From a virus, in IMG/VR virus record IMGVR_UViG_3300037502_002506, positions 2,324 through 66,323 of that record: DNA of 64,000 nucleotides; one strand, given 5' to 3'. Below, in pieces: positions 56,761 to 64,000 of the stretch (the stretch's first letter is position 1; each line of letters opens with the position of its first letter). Below the pieces are notes generated by a model. That model did not search any database, was not told where the DNA came from, and saw only the letters and a list, made by a program, of their open reading frames with translations. The translations under genes were made by a program, and so were the position numbers.

Positions 56761-57604
56761 CTTTAAGCAACTCCAGAGGTTTAATTTTAATTACCCCTGT
56801 CTCTGCTTCAGCACATGCCTTTTGAATTGGACACACCTTACATATTTTAGAATTAGATCTGTATGGCTTCTGTGGAAGTTGCCGATCTTTCCAACTACTA
56901 TATGTTTCTCGCATCCAATCAAATGCCTGGTCTACCCACCGACGGTAATGATCGTTTACTACTACTGGCAACGTCAATAACTCATGATTATTTTTATTTT
57001 CATAAATCATTACACCTTTGCCAATTTTCCAAACCTTCATATAAATAAGCAATTGCATAAGATGACCCATCTTAGGCTTTCTACTATTCTTTTTATATTC
57101 AAACCCTTCATTAGTAATTGTTTTGATTTCTCCAATTACACGTTCATCGTTAATACTAAGCATAACATCACCATATCCATCAAATGGCGGGTCTTCTGTT
57201 TTAACCCTAAACTCCATTGCTGGATGAGTTTGCTTATTATATTTTCTTGGAAGCGGATCCATCTCCATTGTCTCATCTAACAATCCCGATGACTCAATAG
57301 CCTCTTGAATTCTTCCATGACCAAGAGTTCCGTTTGTTCTGTTTGCTACGCCATACGCATCAGAGTTATCATAAAATACTGCCCCATCGAATGCTAGATA
57401 CCAATATCTTGGACATTCCCCAGCACCATACGTTAATCCAGAAGCAGAAAAATTACTCTTTTTACTAAACTTAGGTTTAGTTTTAGCCATGTATCCAGAT
57501 TCAATCTTTTCAATTAACCCCTCAATAAAACCATGGTCTTCGTTATTTTTTGAAACTTTTTTATCATTTTTTAACATTACTTGTTGCAGTAAATTTTTTG
57601 TCAT
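56747..57604 (-). CDS. Cas4-like PD-(D/E)XK exonuclease
   Basis: CPRYW, GDV, EIKT, QLLIY, C-terminal CKVCPIQKAC. Confidence 0.8.
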   Translation of the reverse strand: MTKNLLQQVMLKNDKKVSKNNEDHGFIEGLIEKIESGYMAKTKPKFSKKSNFSASGLTYGAGECPRYWYLAFDGAVFYDNSDAYGVANRTNGTLGHGRIQEAIESSGLLDETMEMDPLPRKYNKQTHPAMEFRVKTEDPPFDGYGDVMLSINDERVIGEIKTITNEGFEYKKNSRKPKMGHLMQLLIYMKVWKIGKGVMIYENKNNHELLTLPVVVNDHYRRWVDQAFDWMRETYSSWKDRQLPQKPYRSNSKICKVCPIQKACAEAETGVIKIKPLELLKDEEL

Positions 57605-57638
57605 TGTTATCCTTTGGTTAACTTAATTATAGCAGATA

Positions 57639-57947
57639 TCATCTGGTTATATATTTAAGAGCAGACACTAAATTATTAATAGACTCCGCTGCAGTATAGT
57701 ATAAATTCTTTTTACCCCTGTCTGACTTGTCTACATTTGCCATCCATGTAGCCTTTAAAGACATTTTAGAGGCTATTGCTTGAAGTCTAACTATTTCTAG
57801 TGTAGCCACTTGCATGGGAATATCTGGCTTTAAAATAATCTTTGCTATTGTTGTTAAGGCAGTGGTAAACTCTTCATCTTTCATGTATTCAGCAATTTCT
57901 ACAAGACCATTTATTTGCTCAAGTGTTGTTTTTTGTTCATCAAGCAT
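57639..57947 (-). CDS. Hypothetical protein
   Basis: Operon ORF. Confidence 0.7.
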   Translation of the reverse strand: MLDEQKTTLEQINGLVEIAEYMKDEEFTTALTTIAKIILKPDIPMQVATLEIVRLQAIASKMSLKATWMANVDKSDRGKKNLYYTAAESINNLVSALKYITR

Positions 57948-58758
57948 TGTTATTTTTTCTTTCTATAGCATCTTGATATCTTGCCTCTAATTCTCTTATT
58001 TTAGCCAGCCGTATTAATCCATCTTCTTTTTCTAATTTTTCCATTTTTTCTTGCCATGCATTATTATATTCATCAAATTTACTTTTTTCTTTCCACTCTT
58101 GGAATCTAATTTTTCTGGCTTCTGGGTCACGTGCTGGAATATTTAATTCATCAAAATCTTTTTGAACTGCAAAGTGTGCTGTCCAAACCTCACAGTTATC
58201 GTCTTCTTTTAATAGAATAGGATCTCTCCAATGAATTGTACCTGCCCCCCAGAAAAGCAATAAATCTCCATATTCCAGATCAAAACGATAAAGTTCTCCA
58301 TTAACATCGATAACTATTGGCCAACTAATATTAGCATCTAGTTGATAATCTATTGTTAATTTAGTAAAATAATTATCTGAATCAAAATGTGGTGGAAGTT
58401 TGGGTGATATTGCAAGATCTGTTTCATTTCCTCTGTTTTCAAATGCATTTGGGTTATGCTTTTTGTTGTAAGAAAGATAACTGTTGTGTGTCATTTTAAC
58501 TTCTTCTCCAACAAAATCAGACGCAAAATCTTCTATTTTTTTTAACAATTTACCAGCAACTTTTAGTTCTATTTGTTCTCTAGCAAGTTCTGGAAGAACT
58601 AGAGGGGAGTAAAAACCACCTGGTGGCAAACCTTTTCCATGATTTATTAATTCTTTTATTTCTTTAACCTCGTCATCAGAAAAAAATCCTTTTATAACAT
58701 GGGGGATGACATCTTCATATTGTCCGAATTTTTTTGGTTTATATGCTGCGTTTATCAT
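57940..58758 (-). CDS. 2OG-Fe(II) hydroxylase-like protein
   Basis: LPPHFD, WPI, GDLLLFWG, HWR. Confidence 0.7.
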   Translation of the reverse strand: MINAAYKPKKFGQYEDVIPHVIKGFFSDDEVKEIKELINHGKGLPPGGFYSPLVLPELAREQIELKVAGKLLKKIEDFASDFVGEEVKMTHNSYLSYNKKHNPNAFENRGNETDLAISPKLPPHFDSDNYFTKLTIDYQLDANISWPIVIDVNGELYRFDLEYGDLLLFWGAGTIHWRDPILLKEDDNCEVWTAHFAVQKDFDELNIPARDPEARKIRFQEWKEKSKFDEYNNAWQEKMEKLEKEDGLIRLAKIRELEARYQDAIERKNNNA

Positions 58759-58765
58759 ATATATA

Positions 58766-59065
58766 TTATACCACTTTCCTAGAATCCAAACTTATCAATT
58801 CTTCTAATATAGAAAACTCAAGTACTGCCAATCTTACCTTCTTATTATCTTTTCCAATAACAACTATAATCGCAGGATCATTGTTATTTTTTATTGCATC
58901 GGTAACTGCTTTGGCCCAGACATCCTGATTGAGAGTAAAAGATTTTGATACCTCCTTAAAATCTATAGTAAAATTATTCCAGGTTGCGTCACCCTTTTTA
59001 ATTCCTCTACCAGAATTTTTATGTTGCTTGGCACCTATTCTTTTGCTTTCACTTTTTTCACTCAT
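58766..59065 (-). CDS. Hjc-like PD-(D/E)XK resolvase/nuclease
   Basis: NSGRG..KGD...IDFKE. Confidence 0.6.
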   Translation of the reverse strand: MSEKSESKRIGAKQHKNSGRGIKKGDATWNNFTIDFKEVSKSFTLNQDVWAKAVTDAIKNNNDPAIIVVIGKDNKKVRLAVLEFSILEELISLDSRKVV

Positions 59066-59226
59066 ATTTTTTTACCTTTTTATATCCAACTTTAAATAAT
59101 TGAACTTCTGATAAGTGTTTATCTGAGCACATCCAGGTTGCCATGCCTGTTGCAGGATAAAGTCTAATTGTTCTTACTTCTTTTTTACAAATCTTACAGG
59201 GAAACTTTCCTTCGTAGATAGTATAC

Positions 59227-60240
59227 TTATCCACTAATATTATTCTTAATCATATCTTGTAGATCAAGATCCTCTCTTACTCTGCTAACAAATCCTTCTC
59301 TACCCTGAACTTTAGAGCCGTCTGGTAAAAGATACCAGGCTCCTGTTCTTTCCACAATTCCCATTAATTCAGCAGTGTCCACGAGATCAGCAATAGAGTC
59401 AATTCCTAAATTGCTACCTCTAAAATAAAAATCATACTCACCAGATTGAAATGCTGCTGAAGTTTTTGAAAATTGAAGATCCCAGCGAATTTTTCTACCA
59501 ACTTTTTCTTCAATTGCCTTGTCTCCGACATATATCTTTCCCTTGATTGCTTGATTTTCTGACTCTGAAGAAAATAATTTAACTACAGTAGACGAATAAA
59601 ATTTTGTAGCCTGGCCTCCAGTTGGCTGCTGACTTGTGTACATTGCACTAATATTATTTCTTGACTGACTAATTAAAAGTAATAGGGTTGGCTTAACTTT
59701 ATTATTTGCATAATTAAGCATTTTCCATGCATTACTGAAGTCACGAGACTCGGCACCTATTTGTTTTGTATTTTCTAATTGTTTTAATTCTGTAGAATCT
59801 TTTTCAAAATAAATTGCTGGCAATAAAGATGTAATTGAGTCTACAACAATAATATCAACACCAGCCTCTATTAAACTTACCCCTACATCCACCATCTCAT
59901 TAATAGTTCTTGCTTGTGAAACAATTAGTTTGGATGTATCAACGCCTAGTTTTTCAGCCCAACTTTTGTCATATGACATTTCAGCATCAATCCAAGCGCA
60001 TACTTTTCCTTCTGATTGTGCAAGAGCAATTGTTTGCAAGCATAATGATGATTTTGCACTTGACTTGCTGCCCCAAACTAGTACCTGTCTGCCGTAAGGA
60101 AATCCGCCATTCAATGCACGATTAAGACCGTAACTTGGTGTTGCTGCATATTCTGTTTTTGGAACTTCATCACCTACAAGAATATTTTTTCGTAGTTTGG
60201 GATTTAGTTGTGCTAATACATCTTCAAGGCTAACTGACAT
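59227..60240 (-). CDS. recA: RecA/UvsX-like recombinase
   Basis: GGFPYGR, GSKSSAKS, IDAE, VVDS, PTGG, GAWY. Confidence 0.9.
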   Translation of the reverse strand: MSVSLEDVLAQLNPKLRKNILVGDEVPKTEYAATPSYGLNRALNGGFPYGRQVLVWGSKSSAKSSLCLQTIALAQSEGKVCAWIDAEMSYDKSWAEKLGVDTSKLIVSQARTINEMVDVGVSLIEAGVDIIVVDSITSLLPAIYFEKDSTELKQLENTKQIGAESRDFSNAWKMLNYANNKVKPTLLLLISQSRNNISAMYTSQQPTGGQATKFYSSTVVKLFSSESENQAIKGKIYVGDKAIEEKVGRKIRWDLQFSKTSAAFQSGEYDFYFRGSNLGIDSIADLVDTAELMGIVERTGAWYLLPDGSKVQGREGFVSRVREDLDLQDMIKNNISG

Positions 60241-63200
60241 TTATATCCTCCAATATTACTGTACCGTCTTTAGTTTTACCTAATTCAAACTTATATGCAT
60301 GGCCTTCTTCAATCTTCATATATGCCTTAGCAAAGGCAGTAGGGAATACTGTTACTGGATGAAGTTCTCTAGATGTATCTGCTAGAGTCAGCGATGCCAT
60401 TTTCTTTCCTGCTTTCGTTATTCTAGGTTTAAATGATACCACAAATAACTCATCATCTTTGTATGGAAGCATTCTGTAGTTTAGAAATTTAATTAATGCA
60501 GCATCTGAGTTTTTTATTTCGTCCACAGGAATAGCACTAACAATTCTATTATCAGAACAGAGTGCAATATAACTTCGTCCAGCCTCAATTGTAGTTTGCT
60601 CTTCATCAAACACACCTATACTTCCTGTTTTATCTAATATTTCAACACGAGACCAACCTTTACCACGCTTGATACCTTTAACCATTCCCATAAGAATAAA
60701 GGATCCCTTTTCCTCAAAGTCTTCTACAGGATTAATAAAGGCGTGATAGTGTGACGGAACTGTTTGTGTAAATTCTGGTAAACCCAAATACTCATAAAGA
60801 TTTTCACGGATCTCATTATCATTTCTAGGATTATCTGGGAATGTAGCAGCACCAATAATTCTTAATGCTTCTAGTGCTCTACTATTTACTCCATTCCCTT
60901 TCGTAAACGTAAAATCTCTAAGTTCTTCAAAAGATTTAAAAGGTCGTGCCGATATATATCGTTCTGCAATCTTGTCAGAGATAAACTTGATCCCCGAGAG
61001 TCCAAACCGAATACCCTTACCCTCAATCTTAAAATCGATATCCGAATCATTAATGTGAGGCAACTTAATGCTAATGCCCATTCTCTTCGCTTCAATAAGA
61101 TATTCAGTTCGTGCATCTTTGTCCCTTTCATTTTTTAATAATGAGTACATAAACTCAATTGGATAATAATATTTTAGCCATGCCGTCCAATACGAGAGCG
61201 TAGAGTAAGCAACCGCATGAGACTTGTTGAACGAATAACCCGCATGCGCCTCAAAGTCATGCCATAAATCACGAGCCTGATTAGGACTAACAAACTTACT
61301 AGCACCATCAACGAACCTATCACGAAAAGCATCAAATTCTCTAGCATCTTTCTTTTTACCAATGATCTTACGAACCTTGTCCGCTTCAGACCAAGACATC
61401 CCTCCAAGTTCAACGCAGGCCTGCATGACCTGCTCTTGGTATAGGATACACCCATATGTTTCTTGTGTGAATGGTTTCATGGTTTGATGCAGATAATTTA
61501 CTGCCTGTCTACCGTGCTTGCGTTCAATATAGTCCTTGCCAATAGTATTCATTGCACCTGGACGAACCAAGGCATTGGAAGCAGCAAGTTCTGCTAAATT
61601 CTTTACACCCATCTTAACAAGTAGGTTGGTATAAGGTGTGGCTTCACATTGGAACACACCCTTTGTATATCCCTCAGAAAGCATCTGATAAACCTTGGAA
61701 TCATCCATATCAAGACTTAAAAGATCTATCTCAGTGCCCTCTCGCTCCTTGATAATATTTAATGTATCGTTAATAACGCTTAAGGTTTTAAGACCAAGTG
61801 CGTCGATTTTGATGAGTCCGATTTTCTCAGCCTCTTCCATATCAACTGCCACAACAGGAATACGCTCATCGGAACCAGGAGAATTACGTGTCTCCATCGG
61901 TGCGTACCTAAAAATAGGATTTTTACTAGTGACAACACCAGCAGCGTGTATGCCAGTACCTCTAATACGACCACGAAGTTGTTCTCCATATTGCTCCACC
62001 TCTGGATATTTTTCTCTAAACCATGCCGTTGTTTTTGAAGTGCAATACTCATCCCAAGTATCTACTAACTTCAAAACTTTGTTTACGTCTGCCAACGGAA
62101 TGTTTAATGCACGAGCAACATCTCGTACAACACCTTTGTCTTTAAATTCTAAAAATGTAGCGATAGATGCAACATGCTTATACTGCCTAACAAGATAATC
62201 CTTAACCTCATCACGACGAGAATCTTGAATATCTGTATCAATATCTGGGAAGTCATTACGCTCTGGATTAATAAAACGGAAGAATAAAAGACCATGCTTG
62301 ATAGGATCTATATCTGTAATTCCTAGAGCATAGCAAAGCAAAGAACCAGCGGATGATCCACGACCTGGGCCTACCATAATTCCCTCTTTCTTAGCCCATG
62401 AAATCATACTCTGGACTACAAGAAAGTACGGACCAAACTTTTTATCTTTAATAACTTTAAGTTCTTCATCGAGTCTATCTAAATATTCTTTATTTTTATC
62501 TAAACCTTTTTCTGACAAACCCTCTATTGCAAGATCTTCTAATTGTTTGTCGGGATTTTTATATTGAACTGGAAGAAGATTTAGCCCATCCTTAATATCA
62601 TAGTCTTCTACTTTATTGGCAAGTTCAATTGTATTTTCATAAATATCTGTTCTAAAAATAGCCTGCTTTTCCATAGCAGCCTGAATCTCTTCATACGACA
62701 GAAGATGAATATCAAATTTATTAAATGACATTTGTCTATCTGCGCCATATAGGTAATCAAGACGCTTCATCAAGTCCCCTTGCTTTTTGGACTTTTCATA
62801 TGTGGCATCCTTCTGAATCTTATTTGAATAAGTATTGAGAATAAGTTTTAATTCTTGAATTTCTTTTTGTGATGGATCAACATGATGGCAGTCTGGAGTT
62901 ACGATTGGTTTAATCTTAAACTCATCTGCTAACTGCAATATTGTTTGATTAATGCCTTCATCATTATGTGGCATTACTTCAAGATAATAATCATCGCCAA
63001 ATTCTTCTTTAAACCACTTTATATATTTCTTTGCCATGCCAAGTTCACCTAGTTCAATTGACTTAGCAATAATTCCGCTTGGACATGCAGAAGATACAAT
63101 AATGCCTTCTTTATATTTAGAAAGAACCTCAAAATCTATTCTAGGCTTTTTATAATATCCTTCTGTCCAAGCAATTTCATTTAACTTATTTAAATTTTCT

Positions 63201-63508
63201 AAGCCTACCTTATTCTTGGCTAGAAGAATTATATGATTGTATACCATGTCTAATGGTGTAGTGCGATCTTCTTTGTCTCTTCTATCAAAACGATCCTCAC
63301 ACATATAACCTTCTATGCCAAGAATAGGCTTAATACCACTTGCTTTAGCAACACGATACATTTCTCTATGGCCAGAAAGGGAGCCATGGTCTGTGATTGA
63401 TATTGCTGGCATACCCAATTTTGATGCACGATCTACATATTCAGAAGGCAACCCAATACCATCGAATAATGAAAAATGAGTATGTAAGTGTAGCGGTACG
63501 TAATTCAT
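60230..63508 (-). CDS. dnaE: DNA polymerase III alpha subunit
   Basis: PHP HLHT/TDHG, GRGSSAGS, PDIDTD, HAAGV, FNKSHA. Confidence 0.95.
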   Translation of the reverse strand: MNYVPLHLHTHFSLFDGIGLPSEYVDRASKLGMPAISITDHGSLSGHREMYRVAKASGIKPILGIEGYMCEDRFDRRDKEDRTTPLDMVYNHIILLAKNKVGLENLNKLNEIAWTEGYYKKPRIDFEVLSKYKEGIIVSSACPSGIIAKSIELGELGMAKKYIKWFKEEFGDDYYLEVMPHNDEGINQTILQLADEFKIKPIVTPDCHHVDPSQKEIQELKLILNTYSNKIQKDATYEKSKKQGDLMKRLDYLYGADRQMSFNKFDIHLLSYEEIQAAMEKQAIFRTDIYENTIELANKVEDYDIKDGLNLLPVQYKNPDKQLEDLAIEGLSEKGLDKNKEYLDRLDEELKVIKDKKFGPYFLVVQSMISWAKKEGIMVGPGRGSSAGSLLCYALGITDIDPIKHGLLFFRFINPERNDFPDIDTDIQDSRRDEVKDYLVRQYKHVASIATFLEFKDKGVVRDVARALNIPLADVNKVLKLVDTWDEYCTSKTTAWFREKYPEVEQYGEQLRGRIRGTGIHAAGVVTSKNPIFRYAPMETRNSPGSDERIPVVAVDMEEAEKIGLIKIDALGLKTLSVINDTLNIIKEREGTEIDLLSLDMDDSKVYQMLSEGYTKGVFQCEATPYTNLLVKMGVKNLAELAASNALVRPGAMNTIGKDYIERKHGRQAVNYLHQTMKPFTQETYGCILYQEQVMQACVELGGMSWSEADKVRKIIGKKKDAREFDAFRDRFVDGASKFVSPNQARDLWHDFEAHAGYSFNKSHAVAYSTLSYWTAWLKYYYPIEFMYSLLKNERDKDARTEYLIEAKRMGISIKLPHINDSDIDFKIEGKGIRFGLSGIKFISDKIAERYISARPFKSFEELRDFTFTKGNGVNSRALEALRIIGAATFPDNPRNDNEIRENLYEYLGLPEFTQTVPSHYHAFINPVEDFEEKGSFILMGMVKGIKRGKGWSRVEILDKTGSIGVFDEEQTTIEAGRSYIALCSDNRIVSAIPVDEIKNSDAALIKFLNYRMLPYKDDELFVVSFKPRITKAGKKMASLTLADTSRELHPVTVFPTAFAKAYMKIEEGHAYKFELGKTKDGTVILEDINVS

Positions 63509-63511
63509 CTA

Positions 63512-64000
63512 TTACCAGTCGATATTAGTCGCTGATGTAGATGATGGGGAGTCAAACCCAAGATAGAATGCTTCTTGCTCCGCATATGGAACACGACGCA
63601 ATGCTTTTTCTAATGGGTATGGCTCAATGCCTTCCCAGTTAAACGGTTCCTTATCTGGAGCCGAAGGAATCAAAGTATAGGATGTCTCAGTACCCTGACC
63701 ATTGCGCTTTAACTTCCAAGTAATATTTGAGATACTTCCTGTTTCAAGAGCATATTCACGAATGGTGTTAAACGAGGACTGCTTGCTTACGCCCATGGAC
63801 CAGATAGCGACATAAGGCTTATCTTCAATGCCGTCGTCTACAAGTACATTGCAATAAAAACGTAGACGGCCACGCCATCCACTATTTCCCTTTGGATCCT
63901 TGCGATACATCTCTTCAGCCCAGTCACGACCTTCGGTATCCATAGTGTCTACAGCCTTACGCTTGTAATCTTTTGGATTTGTATGTTCCTTAACGACAAG
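63512..64000 (-). CDS. Single-stranded DNA-binding protein (gp32-like), 5' truncated
   Basis: KLKRNGQGTETSY, acidic C-terminus; frame open to window edge; upstream of dnaE. Confidence 0.6.
   Translation of the reverse strand, partial: LVVKEHTNPKDYKRKAVDTMDTEGRDWAEEMYRKDPKGNSGWRGRLRFYCNVLVDDGIEDKPYVAIWSMGVSKQSSFNTIREYALETGSISNITWKLKRNGQGTETSYTLIPSAPDKEPFNWEGIEPYPLEKALRRVPYAEQEAFYLGFDSPSSTSATNIDW

Noticed and set aside
56747-57604. Cas4-like gene as a sign of CRISPR-Cas
   Set aside because: No other cas genes and no repeat-spacer array seen; solo Cas4-like nucleases are common in phage replication modules.
59227-63508. Inteins or introns in RecA, DnaE (and TerL)
   Set aside because: Lengths are normal and motifs are contiguous; no intein termini seen.
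1-64000. Stop-codon reassignment
   Set aside because: Long conserved genes translate intact in the standard code and no suppressor tRNA was found; the TAA anticodon reads TTA (Leu).

Overview
A 64 kb slice of a large, AT-rich tailed dsDNA phage, most likely infecting Actinobacteria. The host call is inferred from WhiB, an AhpC/AhpD pair, AGAAAGGA ribosome-binding sites and leaderless-style starts; a freshwater low-GC host is plausible but unproven. Layout: collagen-like/structural genes (1-2.5 kb, -); a divergently transcribed early-type region of small ORFs with dense repeated regulatory motifs (4.6-15.8 kb); an origin-like non-coding stretch with DnaA boxes (15.85-16.9 kb); an accessory region with 7 tRNAs, many 2OG-Fe(II) oxygenases, a flavin halogenase, sulfotransferase-like proteins, two APS-kinase fusions, SpeD, AhpCD, Hsp20 and a carbamoyltransferase (17-46 kb); then lysis/surface genes, terminase and replication genes (RuvC, Cas4-like nuclease, RecA, DnaE, SSB; 46-64 kb, -). 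The most notable unexplained signals are non-coding: a five-copy H-type RNA pseudoknot with compensatory base changes at gene 3' ends, hairpins displaying anti-Shine-Dalgarno loops, a kissing-loop RNA between two tRNAs, CRP-type and WhiA-type boxes plus a fixed-spacing TGTCAG promoter element, and a split between SD-led early genes and leaderless accessory genes. All protein calls come from motif recognition by eye, not database searches.
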